Shown here piece after piece: positions 15,677-24,348 of a stretch of DNA of 28,870 nucleotides. A program made the position numbers and the translations under genes. The DNA lies in the IMG/VR virus record IMGVR_UViG_3300044724_007127, positions 1 to 28,870 of that record, one strand, 5' to 3'. The stretch's first letter is position 1. Every line of letters starts with the position of its first letter. Source of the stretch: a virus (lineage: Duplodnaviria; Caudoviricetes). Below the pieces are notes generated by a model. That model was not told the origin of the DNA. It saw nothing but the letters and a program-made list of their open reading frames with translations, and searched no databases.

Positions 15677-17325
15677 TAAGCAGGTAAGTGGCCAACCCCA
15701 TGATTAGTAGCAGAGGGTTGGCCACCCTTTCCTCCGCCTAAAACATTATTTGTAATATTGGTGTTACCGCTGTTAGTATCACCACCAACTGCTATAGTAC
15801 TATGACCGGCTGCTGCTCTATTCGTATCGAGTTGAGATTGTTCTCTTTCTAATTGATTTTGTAATCGTTTAACTTCCATATTCAGATCTGCCACTCGTCT
15901 CGAATGACCTATAACATCAATAGTTTGAGAACCTTCTTTTATAGTTCGATCTATTTCTGCCTGGGTCCTCGATAACTGATCAGCAGTTGTTAGCGGTTTG
16001 GTAACTCTTGATTCTTCTTTCGATGCTTGCTCTACAGCTGCAGGAGTAGTAACTCTTGATTCTTCTTTCGATGCTTGCTTTACAGCTGCAGGAGTAGTAA
16101 CTCTTGATTCTTCTTTCGGTGCTTGCTCTACAGCTGCAGAAGTTGCTGCACCAGTAAGTTTAAAGCTTCTAACTTTATCTGCAACAAAACCTGGGACCAA
16201 AGGCATTTTATCTAGTATCACCGCAATACCTTCAATAAATCCATTGATCAATCCATATACGGCTTGCTTGATAAGATCTGTAAAGCTGAACGTCTCTAAA
16301 AATTTGGAAGCATTTTCAAATCCGAATTTACCTAAGATCCATGAAACACCATCTTTAAGTAAATCTAATGGTGCACCAATTAAACTTCCTAGCAATCCAT
16401 TTATTGCTCCAGCAATACCCCCTAAGAAACCCTCTTGTTCGAATCCTTTAATAGCACCTTTTACTGTATCCCATATGGACATGATGATAGTAAGGGGATA
16501 GAGCAAACGGCCGAATATTTTACCAACTGATCCCAGAACACCCATAAATTTCGAGCCTTCTTCTGCAAACGAAAAGGCATTCTTAACCATACCGAATACG
16601 CGACCAATTGGTCCTTCTGCAGAAAAGAACTTTCCAACAGAGGCAATAACACCTCTAATTGGTTCCATAAGTGTATCAGCAACCTTACCCATATCTGCAA
16701 GGGTATCAGCACTCATAAGAGGTCCGAGTAAAGCATTCATTACGGCTCTTACTGCTGCACCAAATTTACCGGCAAATGACGTAAAGTCTTCGAACTTTAG
16801 GACATCCGGAACAGCACCAGTTAATTGCTTACCGAAATTTATAAATCCTGCACTAAAGTTTATGAAAAAATTGTCTATGATCTTAAACAAGTTTAAAACA
16901 GGTTTGAACATTGTTCTTATAAGGTTAATTACCCTACCTAATATAGAAGTAGTTATTTCCCTAATTTTTGCTAGAGCTATATCTAATCTTAATATGCTCA
17001 TAATGCCTTTGAGTAATTTAGTAAAGGCTCCTGATACTATGTTAAACAAGTTTTTTATAGATTCTAGTGCTCCGGCTACAAAACTAGTAGCTAAAGCCCC
17101 AATAGCACCGACGAGACCCATTAGCGCTAGACCAACGCTCCCGTCTTTTTTCTTCACTTCAGCCTGAGCTCTACCATCGACACTCGATTGTTGCTTACGA
17201 GAAGCCTCTCTCGATTGTTCGAGCAATAGTAGCTTATTCTGGTTACCCTGCTCCACAAGGGTTTTTAACATGCTGTTCTGATCCATTAGGACCTGTGTTA
17301 CGTCATTTAGTGTTGCAGCTGCCAT
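15673..17325 (-). CDS. Tail tape-measure-like protein (gp29-like position and composition)
   Basis: About 550 aa, likely start MAAATL at 17325, with long Gly/Ala/Phe-rich amphipathic helices; directly follows gp26/gp51. Confidence 0.6.
   Translation of the reverse strand: MAAATLNDVTQVLMDQNSMLKTLVEQGNQNKLLLLEQSREASRKQQSSVDGRAQAEVKKKDGSVGLALMGLVGAIGALATSFVAGALESIKNLFNIVSGAFTKLLKGIMSILRLDIALAKIREITTSILGRVINLIRTMFKPVLNLFKIIDNFFINFSAGFINFGKQLTGAVPDVLKFEDFTSFAGKFGAAVRAVMNALLGPLMSADTLADMGKVADTLMEPIRGVIASVGKFFSAEGPIGRVFGMVKNAFSFAEEGSKFMGVLGSVGKIFGRLLYPLTIIMSIWDTVKGAIKGFEQEGFLGGIAGAINGLLGSLIGAPLDLLKDGVSWILGKFGFENASKFLETFSFTDLIKQAVYGLINGFIEGIAVILDKMPLVPGFVADKVRSFKLTGAATSAAVEQAPKEESRVTTPAAVKQASKEESRVTTPAAVEQASKEESRVTKPLTTADQLSRTQAEIDRTIKEGSQTIDVIGHSRRVADLNMEVKRLQNQLEREQSQLDTNRAAAGHSTIAVGGDTNSGNTNITNNVLGGGKGGQPSATNHGVGHLPAY
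15688..15725. terminator. GC-rich 11-bp hairpin between convergent transcription units (possible terminator or 3' stabiliser)
   Basis: Perfect inverted repeat GTGGCCAACCC (15688-15698) / GGGTTGGCCAC (15715-15725), starting 12 nt after the gp32 stop; only a weak U-tract. Confidence 0.45.
16001..16139. repeat. 48-bp tandem repeat, about 2.9 copies, encoding PAAVEQASKEESRVTT
   Basis: Units at 16001-16048, 16049-16096 and 16097-16139; units 2 and 3 each differ from unit 1 by one base. Confidence 0.95.
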
Positions 17326-17326
17326 A

Positions 17327-17518
17327 TTAGAACCCATTTTGTTGTTTTTTTATTCTTTCATTCTCTTCTTTAATCCACTCAACAAGCATAGTAACATAAA
17401 TTTCTCTTTCCCACGGCATCAAATGGTCTATCTCAGTCAGGGAATAATTATGGTGTTGCATCAGATTAAAATTTGTCTGATAATGGTTCACCAAATTATC
17501 ATGAGATAGACCTATGAG
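17327..17518 (-). CDS. gp51: gp51-like baseplate hub assembly segment (not in ORF track; probably the -1 frame extension of gp26)
   Basis: Read manually: LIGLSHDNLVNHYQTNFNLMQHHNYSLTEIDHLMPWEREIYVTMLVEWIKEENERIKKQQNGF*. The MQHH.YSL.E...MPWEREIY motif is typical of T4-like gp51. Confidence 0.8.
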   Translation of the reverse strand, partial: LIGLSHDNLVNHYQTNFNLMQHHNYSLTEIDHLMPWEREIYVTMLVEWIKEENERIKKQQNGF

Positions 17519-18222
17519 AAAAAATTCTCCATTCCTTGTACAACCAATTCATTTTTATGTCCACATGATTCACATGTGAAATCCACATCATGTTTTAATG
17601 ACGGAATCTTTTCAATAACATCACGAATTTTACCAAATTGTTCTGTGTTCATCGATTCAATAAATTCATCGATCTCTTTTACACTTACCTCTTTTAAATC
17701 AATTCGTTCTTCTTCGGTCAGCACTGCTGCGATAGAACCACGAATTAAGGCAAAAAGATATTCGGCTTGAGATGTTCCAGTATTTTCACCTACGACCTTT
17801 TGTAGAACCTCAAAGTTTGGCCATTGTAATTCTACATAGATCTGATCAGATAGAGCAATCTTTTTCTCGATCTCTGGCACAACCATTTCAAGTCCATCCA
17901 GATCAATTGAATAAGGATTGCCGTGATCACACGCTTGACATTTGATTATGACATTCGAAGATTCGCCTACAGATTTTGCCCTTAGTTTAACAAACATATA
18001 TTCGATGTCAAATGAAGTAAGTTTATCACCGTCCACATTTTCACAACATGCAGTGATTGTGTTTACAACTGCACGAAGTACGTCTTGCATGTTCTGTGAT
18101 TCCGAGGCAAGAAGCATGACCTTTTCTTCTTTTACAAGGAATGGTCTATATCTAATCTCTTTCCCCGTTGAGGGCTGAATCATAGTATACTGTGGGTGTT
18201 CATTCAGTCTAGGTAGTGCCAT
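17512..18222 (-). CDS. gp26: Baseplate hub assembly chaperone gp26-like
   Basis: MALPRL...PSTGKEIRYRPFLVKEEK, FDIEYMFVKLRAKSVGE, two CxxC motifs, ends QGMENFFS; SD GAGGA. Confidence 0.9.
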   Translation of the reverse strand: MALPRLNEHPQYTMIQPSTGKEIRYRPFLVKEEKVMLLASESQNMQDVLRAVVNTITACCENVDGDKLTSFDIEYMFVKLRAKSVGESSNVIIKCQACDHGNPYSIDLDGLEMVVPEIEKKIALSDQIYVELQWPNFEVLQKVVGENTGTSQAEYLFALIRGSIAAVLTEEERIDLKEVSVKEIDEFIESMNTEQFGKIRDVIEKIPSLKHDVDFTCESCGHKNELVVQGMENFFS

Positions 18223-18240
18223 GATATTATCATCCTCTTA

Positions 18241-18969
18241 TTAAAATAGTCTTGAGGTAACAGCCCCAAGTCCAACCGTTGCAAGTCTTTCAAATTGAGA
18301 ACTTGGTGATCCAGCATCACCTGTCCATTTCTTATATGACATACTTACTTGCATTTCAATTAACTGATTTGTCTGTCCATCTCCCAATTGTATTGCCTGA
18401 ACTGAAGTGGGAAATGCATCGATGAGTGTACATGTATATATGGTCTTTGCACCCAATATTAAATCGAGATCGAACTCTCCTTGAGCAAGATCAAATGGTC
18501 CAACTTTAGGTAATCTATTTGTAATTTCTGGCGGTAACGCTGGTATGCCTAATGATCTATTGAAAATAGGAAACGATGCGCCTTTTTTTAGCTGTTGAAT
18601 CTTAACTTGTTGTAAGTAGTCAGTAGCATATCCAATTTCACCTGTAGAAGGATTAACTGCTAGTTCTTGCCAGACTTCGAAATATTTCTTAGCGCCATAA
18701 TCATTCATCAATCTGAATGTCATGGTTACATCGTCATATGCCTGATCGTATGCAATCTTTTGCGTTTGAACGCCTATACGTCTTAATTGGGTCATAACCT
18801 GTCTACCAGGCATAGTAACATTAGTACAAAGAACGTCTATTTCTCTAGAGCCAGTATCAAGGAAGCTGGTAGCAGATGATATAGAAGGTAACGTAACTCT
18901 AAACAGTGCGCCATGCGCAGGACCTTCTCTGCTAGATATAACGGATTTGATTGCATCCACATTTGTCAT
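18241..18969 (-). CDS. Tail-tube-family protein (gp54 tube initiator / gp19-like)
   Basis: LCTNVTMPGR, YDDVTMTF, YFEVWQE, LIDAFPTSVQAIQL...VSMSYKKW. Confidence 0.75.
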   Translation of the reverse strand: MTNVDAIKSVISSREGPAHGALFRVTLPSISSATSFLDTGSREIDVLCTNVTMPGRQVMTQLRRIGVQTQKIAYDQAYDDVTMTFRLMNDYGAKKYFEVWQELAVNPSTGEIGYATDYLQQVKIQQLKKGASFPIFNRSLGIPALPPEITNRLPKVGPFDLAQGEFDLDLILGAKTIYTCTLIDAFPTSVQAIQLGDGQTNQLIEMQVSMSYKKWTGDAGSPSSQFERLATVGLGAVTSRLF

Positions 18970-19550
18970 ATCATATTCCTCGAATCTTTATAGACGTTTG
19001 CTGCTGACGATTTAGCCCATTGTGCCGTTGGAAGAAATGCTGCAATTTCCCATTCAGGTGATTGTACCTCTGCAAATCTACTTTTGACATGTTCAGTTAA
19101 ATAGCGTTTATAACAGGGTTTAAAATATTTAAGTTTAGCCGATTGTCGTAGCATTTGATAGTTGATTCTAAATGCCGTATTTTCATCAAATTTCTTATCA
19201 GTTAAATTATCCATCAAACCATCTAGCATTTTTGCTCTAAGCGTTGGTGGCAAATAATGTAGATTCAATCCTATAAATCCTCCTGGCGCACGATCAACCA
19301 TAACAATCAATGGAAACTTGTCGTAGTATGGTAATGTTGCTTTATATTTTGGATCATAATAAAACATGTACATATTTCCAATAAGACCTTTGGCCTTGAC
19401 ATCGAGTATGTCTTCGCTCATAAGGTCATCTCGATTAATACCTCTTAATTGCGCAGCTTTTTTCCTGAACCAATTACGAGACTCTTGAGTCCGTGCTTGG
19501 ATTCCGTTTCGAAAAGCTTCTAGCTCGAGTGTTTGAAATATATTGCTCAT
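18966..19550 (-). CDS. gp2: DNA end protector protein gp2
   Basis: GNMYMFYYDPKYKATLPYYDKFPL, GLNLHYLPP, PCYKRYL, EWEIAAFLPT. Confidence 0.92.
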   Translation of the reverse strand: MSNIFQTLELEAFRNGIQARTQESRNWFRKKAAQLRGINRDDLMSEDILDVKAKGLIGNMYMFYYDPKYKATLPYYDKFPLIVMVDRAPGGFIGLNLHYLPPTLRAKMLDGLMDNLTDKKFDENTAFRINYQMLRQSAKLKYFKPCYKRYLTEHVKSRFAEVQSPEWEIAAFLPTAQWAKSSAANVYKDSRNMI

Positions 19551-19555
19551 AATTC

Positions 19556-20035
19556 TTATTTATGCTTTTTTCTGTAAGGTTTTAAACGCTTAGTTGATTT
19601 TGGTTTAATACCCATACTTTCAAGAGTATCTTCAGTCCATATTACAAATTTCCACCCTCTATCAGCTGCGAAATTATGAGCGGCTTTCCATTTGTTTCTA
19701 TTTTTAACGTATTCTAAAGATTCAATTATATATTTTTTAGTTTTTCGACCTTTATATTCTGGTACAGTTGTTTGCTTTTTTGGCTTTATCTCTACTAGCC
19801 ACGTCTCTTTGTTGTTAAATGTAATTTTAAGATCAACGAAATATCGATGGTATTTTTTATCAACTTCATATAAATACGGAACGATAGTCTCTTCGGATGA
19901 CCATTTGGTAATACTAGGATTATCATCGCACCATTTGAAGCAATATTTTTCCCATAAAGATCGATATACTACATTGGTGTAATCACCAATATATTTACTT
20001 GTATTTTTCACGCGGTATTTGCCAGAATATGCCAT
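19556..20035 (-). CDS. gp4: Head completion protein gp4 (TnsA-like nuclease fold)
   Basis: MAYSGKY...KYIGD...YRSLWE, WSSEE, HRYFVD, VEIKPKKQ, KWKAA, WTED. Confidence 0.92.
   Translation of the reverse strand: MAYSGKYRVKNTSKYIGDYTNVVYRSLWEKYCFKWCDDNPSITKWSSEETIVPYLYEVDKKYHRYFVDLKITFNNKETWLVEIKPKKQTTVPEYKGRKTKKYIIESLEYVKNRNKWKAAHNFAADRGWKFVIWTEDTLESMGIKPKSTKRLKPYRKKHK
19557..19564 (-). promoter_or_regulatory. Late-promoter-like box CATAAATA immediately upstream of gene 2
   Basis: Plus-strand TATTTATG at 19557-19564, 6 nt from the gp2 ATG. Confidence 0.4.
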
Positions 20036-20044
20036 AGAGTTTAT

Positions 20045-20052
20045 TATAAATA
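20045..20052 (+). promoter_or_regulatory. T4 late promoter TATAAATA for the gp48 operon
   Basis: Exact box in the divergent intergenic region. Confidence 0.8.
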
Positions 20053-20067
20053 ATGAATGATTGTTTT

Positions 20068-20075
20068 TATTTATA
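20068..20075 (-). promoter_or_regulatory. T4 late promoter TATAAATA for the gp4 operon
   Basis: Plus-strand TATTTATA is the exact box on the minus strand. Confidence 0.8.
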
Positions 20076-20084
20076 GGAAAAGAA

Positions 20085-21233
20085 ATGCCTGAAACTCAAT
20101 TTCCAAATTTGCAACAGAAATTGCAGAGTCAGTTATCTGGTACTAATGGTAGGTTAAAATTTCCGCTAGATAACCAAGATGACTATAAAGGTCGTATTAT
20201 TTTTTCAGTATTTGATGAAGATGCAGCTAGGGTTCAATTTGGAAAGGCATTAGAAAAAACTGTAAAAACTGTTAAAAAAGGCGCTGTTCAAACAGTTGCA
20301 GATATAAAAGCTGCACAAAATGTTGATACTTTTACTGGTCAGCGTTCTTCAAATCCAGCTATTCTTAATACTCAATTAGTACAAGATACTATAAGTGCTG
20401 CTACTGATGCAGGAAATTCAGTCTTTAACCGAGTTAAAGCGTTTGCTGAAGGCGTTCCTGATGATGAAAATTTTACTTCAGTTACAGATGTTTTAAAAAT
20501 AAATCAAGAAGCAGGTAGCGTAGAGTTATATCTGCCTCAACAAATCCAAGTACAAGATGTTGTTTCGTATGGTCCAATTGAATTGGGCGTTATTGGAGCT
20601 GGTATCGAAAATGCTTTAAATACTTCAGCAAATGCTGGTGTCGGTACAGTTCTTAGTTCTGCGCTAGGTGGTGCTAGTCAATTGACAGGACAGGCATTTG
20701 GAACTCTTGCCGGAACTGCACAATTATCTGAAGGTATGGCAGCTTTAGCAGCTCAAAGAATAGCTAAAAAAGTTCCACAAGCCGGAACAGAATCTATCTT
20801 AGCGCTTAGGCAAACAACTGGTATAACGACAAATCCAAATGTAAGAACACAATTTCAAAGCGTGCCAGTAAGAGAATTTGGATTTAGTTTTACATTGATT
20901 CCAAAAAGTCGAACTGAGGCAGCTGAAATTACTAAAATTATAAAATGGTTTAGGACTGAATTATATCCGGAAGCACTTATCGCCGCTGGTGTTCATTATG
21001 GTTATAAATTTCCAAATAGATTTCAAATCAAAATAAAATATGGTAATCAAAATGATAGTCAAGCTTCGAATATTAGATTTCTTCCAGTGTATTTGAAAAG
21101 TTTTAGTACAAACTATAATCCAAATGGTATGGGCATGCATTCAGATGGATCTTTCTCTGAAATACAATTTAATCTAGCCTTTGCAGAATCTAGAGCATTG
21201 AATAAGCAAGATGTTGTTGAGAGGGGCTTCTAA
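20085..21233 (+). CDS. gp48: Baseplate tail-tube cap gp48-like
   Basis: LKFPLD, VELYLP, NPNVRTQFQSVPVREFGFSFTLIPKSRTEA, FPNRF.I, TNYNP, LAFAE; AGGA before ATG 20085. Confidence 0.8.
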   Translation: MPETQFPNLQQKLQSQLSGTNGRLKFPLDNQDDYKGRIIFSVFDEDAARVQFGKALEKTVKTVKKGAVQTVADIKAAQNVDTFTGQRSSNPAILNTQLVQDTISAATDAGNSVFNRVKAFAEGVPDDENFTSVTDVLKINQEAGSVELYLPQQIQVQDVVSYGPIELGVIGAGIENALNTSANAGVGTVLSSALGGASQLTGQAFGTLAGTAQLSEGMAALAAQRIAKKVPQAGTESILALRQTTGITTNPNVRTQFQSVPVREFGFSFTLIPKSRTEAAEITKIIKWFRTELYPEALIAAGVHYGYKFPNRFQIKIKYGNQNDSQASNIRFLPVYLKSFSTNYNPNGMGMHSDGSFSEIQFNLAFAESRALNKQDVVERGF

Positions 21234-21994
21234 TGAGTGATTTTTTTCGATCTTTTCCTTCGCTTCTTTACCAATTTGGTAATGGTGAGACAACTTCATT
21301 ATTTCAAAATATCAGTGCCTTTAATTCTCTCGTAGATGAAATTAAAGATGATGTGACATTTCATACTACAGTCACAATTAATGATGGTGAAAGAGCTGAC
21401 ACTTTGTCACATAAGCTATATGGCACTGACGAATATTACTGGACATTTTATTTTCTGAACGATGATATTCGTGAAAGCGGTTGGCCAGTAGAACAATCTA
21501 AAATATTTAATTTAGCAAAAAAGATCTACCCTAATCGAACCCTTATTACTCGAGCCGATATATCTAGAACATTTCTTCCAGGCGATGAAGTAAGAGGTGT
21601 TATATCTGGCGCAAGAGGTATTGTAGTAAAGAGATATTTAGATCTTGGTCAGATCATTGTAAGAAAATTGAATACTTCAAACTATAGAACGAGTGAGCTT
21701 ATTCAACCATTTAAGCCAGATGGTTCTACAAATATTGGTGATCGTATAACAATTGAAAGTGTTGTAGATCAATTTAATTCAATTCATCATTATGAAAATG
21801 CTAGCAAAGAGTTTACAGACATTGATCCGTTTACACAAGCTGGTGCAGATGCATCGGCTTTAGGATTAACACCAATCACATATCTTGATCGCATGATTGA
21901 GAAAAATGATGATCTTCGAGAGATTAAAGTATTTTTACCTGATATTGTGGGACAAATTCAAACTGAGTTTGTTAGATTGATGAGAGATGGCTAA
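21233..21994 (+). CDS. gp53: Baseplate wedge protein gp53
   Basis: FFRSFP, INDGERADTLSHKLYG..EYYW, GWP, HHYE, EKNDDLREIK. Confidence 0.85.
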   Translation: MSDFFRSFPSLLYQFGNGETTSLFQNISAFNSLVDEIKDDVTFHTTVTINDGERADTLSHKLYGTDEYYWTFYFLNDDIRESGWPVEQSKIFNLAKKIYPNRTLITRADISRTFLPGDEVRGVISGARGIVVKRYLDLGQIIVRKLNTSNYRTSELIQPFKPDGSTNIGDRITIESVVDQFNSIHHYENASKEFTDIDPFTQAGADASALGLTPITYLDRMIEKNDDLREIKVFLPDIVGQIQTEFVRLMRDG

Positions 21995-23343
21995 TGGCAG
22001 ATACCAAAGAGCTACAATCTAGTAAAGATTATATTATTGAAGCAGCTATTATTTCGAGATCTGCTAAACGTATTGTAGATGTTAAAAATAATATAGACAA
22101 TATAGAGATCTATGAATCACTAGACAAGCCATATTTAACAGGTCGTTTATTTCTCAGTGATGATTTTGGATTTTTTAGTTATATGAGATTTAGCGGTACT
22201 GAAAGGTTAGAGCTAACTCTACGGCATCCTAAGAATAGAACAGATGCTATTAGTAAAACTTTTATTTTGACAGCAGCAGCAGATTCTGAAAAAATTACTG
22301 AATTTTCAGAAGTGTTCGTATTTGATTTTATAGAAGAATTTGCATTTTTAAACCAGAATATGATTTTAAGTAAATCATACACTGGAAATCCAATTGAGAT
22401 TGTACAAAAGATCTTAGCAGATACTTTAAATATAATAGCAGTAAACGTAAGTGATTTGCCATTTCAAAGAGAAATGAAAGTAGTAGTTCCTATGATGCAT
22501 CCATTACAGGCTGCACAGTGGATTTTGAAAAGAGCTACTACTGAAGAAGGCTTACCATATTATATGTTTTCTACTTTAAACGATAAAGTTTTAATTATTA
22601 AAAGTATGAAAGATATGTTGCTTGATCCAACATGGAATAAGCTACCGTTTCGCTATTCAAGGTCATATGTTCAAGGTCCAGAAAACCCACATGACGAAAG
22701 ATTGCTTTATAATGTAGATAGTTTTAGAAGTAACAATAATGAGAATACATTGAACTTCGTGAATGCTGGTACACTTACAAGTAACTATAAAATATTTGAT
22801 GCAACTACCGGTAGACATGAAACATTTAAATTTGATCTGAAAGCACATTTAGATCGATTAGTTCGCGATCAAATTATTCCGCGTGATCAAGTGTCTACTT
22901 TCGATGAAACATTTCAATATGAAGCTCCGCAATCAGGTGCAAATCTTAATCAACATACTTCAAAAGCTATTTCGCGTATAATATACAATAATACGTATAA
23001 TACAGATTATAAAAATTATTATGAAGCTTCTAATGCAGGTGAATTAGATCTTGATGCTGCTGCAATGGCATATAGACATATTATATTTAAAAACTCTGCA
23101 GAATTTACTTTAAATGGTGTATTCTTTCTAACAGGACTAAATTTTACTTTAGGCCGTAACATCAATTTAGTTTATCCTAAAAATGATGGTGATATCGCAG
23201 ATAAACCTCAAATAGCTGAAAATGATTTAATAGATATTAAAAGATCTGGAACATATCTGATATACAATACGTCACATATATTTTCTGATGGGAATCACAC
23301 TGTGACATGCCATGGTGCTAAAATTAGTAATGCGAAGGACTAA
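21994..23343 (+). CDS. Baseplate hub protein (gp27-like)
   Basis: IEIYESLDKPYLTG...GTERL, P.MHPLQA..WI, SGTYLI...H; position between gp53 and gp5. Confidence 0.6.
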   Translation: MADTKELQSSKDYIIEAAIISRSAKRIVDVKNNIDNIEIYESLDKPYLTGRLFLSDDFGFFSYMRFSGTERLELTLRHPKNRTDAISKTFILTAAADSEKITEFSEVFVFDFIEEFAFLNQNMILSKSYTGNPIEIVQKILADTLNIIAVNVSDLPFQREMKVVVPMMHPLQAAQWILKRATTEEGLPYYMFSTLNDKVLIIKSMKDMLLDPTWNKLPFRYSRSYVQGPENPHDERLLYNVDSFRSNNNENTLNFVNAGTLTSNYKIFDATTGRHETFKFDLKAHLDRLVRDQIIPRDQVSTFDETFQYEAPQSGANLNQHTSKAISRIIYNNTYNTDYKNYYEASNAGELDLDAAAMAYRHIIFKNSAEFTLNGVFFLTGLNFTLGRNINLVYPKNDGDIADKPQIAENDLIDIKRSGTYLIYNTSHIFSDGNHTVTCHGAKISNAKD

Positions 23344-23346
23344 TCA

Positions 23347-24348
23347 ATGAATCCAATTAATTCATATTTCTATGGTGATACAACAAGATGGTTCATGGGT
23401 GTAGTTGAAGAAGTTGGCACTGATGATCCACAACTTGGTAGGGTTAAAGTTAGAATCTTTGGTGTTCACGGATTTAGATCAGATGTACCAAACGCGGATC
23501 TACCATATGCACAAGTATTAGTACCTTGTACAGAACCAGGCGTATCTGGCCTTGGTAGAAATCCATCACTTCAGGTAGGTGCAAGGGTATTTGGTATATT
23601 TTTAGACGGTAAGAATTCTCAGCTACCACTAGTGCTTGGCAGTATTCCGACTATCGAAGCACCAAGTAATGAACAGCTTACTTCGAAAGATCCAGATCCA
23701 AATTCTAGAGCACAAGCAGAAATACTTGGTGGTAATCCATATGGTGGAACATCTGGTTCAAGTGGCTCAGGCCCTGGAATTCAAAGTACTATTAAAGATG
23801 GCTTAGATGGATTTGTTATCTCTCCAGATGCTTCTTTATCAGATAAGACTAGGCTAGCGTGGGAATACTTTACTAGTCCGAAGAGAGGATATAGTCCAGA
23901 AGTTACTGCTGGTATTATAGGTAATTTAATCGCAGAAAGTAATTTAAATGCAAGTGCAGTAGGTGATGTGAATCTTGGTGGTTCATTTGGTATTGCACAA
24001 TGGTATTCAGGTACGCCTAGATATAATAATTTAATTCAGTTTGCGGGTGAAAGAGGTAAATCTTCTACGGATTTTGTTGCACAACTTGCGTTTATACATC
24101 ATGAGCTTTCAACTGATCCATATTATAAAGGTGCTGAACTAAGAAGACAAAAGACTGCAACATATGCGGCTATTCATTTCCAACGAAATTATGAAAGACC
24201 TTCGTTTGTAAACGCTGCAGGAGGATTAGTTAAATCTGCGGCAGGTGCAGCTAAAAGTCCTGTTGATGGAAAGCCTTCAAGATTAGCTGAAGCCGAACGA
24301 ATTCAAAATGCCAAAAAAGTTTATAATAACTTTATTAGGATAGCATAA
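23347..24348 (+). CDS. gp5 N-terminal OB-fold fused to a phage tail lysozyme domain
   Basis: WFMGVVE...DDPQLGRVKVRIFGVH...DLPYA...VFGIFLDG..SQLPLVLGSI, then AGIIGNLIAES...GIAQW...QLAFIHHEL...YERP. Confidence 0.85.
   Translation: MNPINSYFYGDTTRWFMGVVEEVGTDDPQLGRVKVRIFGVHGFRSDVPNADLPYAQVLVPCTEPGVSGLGRNPSLQVGARVFGIFLDGKNSQLPLVLGSIPTIEAPSNEQLTSKDPDPNSRAQAEILGGNPYGGTSGSSGSGPGIQSTIKDGLDGFVISPDASLSDKTRLAWEYFTSPKRGYSPEVTAGIIGNLIAESNLNASAVGDVNLGGSFGIAQWYSGTPRYNNLIQFAGERGKSSTDFVAQLAFIHHELSTDPYYKGAELRRQKTATYAAIHFQRNYERPSFVNAAGGLVKSAAGAAKSPVDGKPSRLAEAERIQNAKKVYNNFIRIA

Noticed and set aside
16001-16139. Repeat considered as a mini CRISPR array
   Set aside because: The units are head-to-tail with no unique spacers and are in frame within a CDS.
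15998-17167. Plus-strand ORFs antisense to the tape-measure gene, and similar antisense ORFs elsewhere (e.g. 986-1369, 5110-5424, 26984-27427)
   Set aside because: They mirror real genes on the opposite strand and lack their own translation signals and motifs.
19556-20035. TnsA-like nuclease as a sign of a Tn7 transposon
   Set aside because: It is T4 gp4 in its normal context beside gp2; no other tns genes or transposon ends are present.
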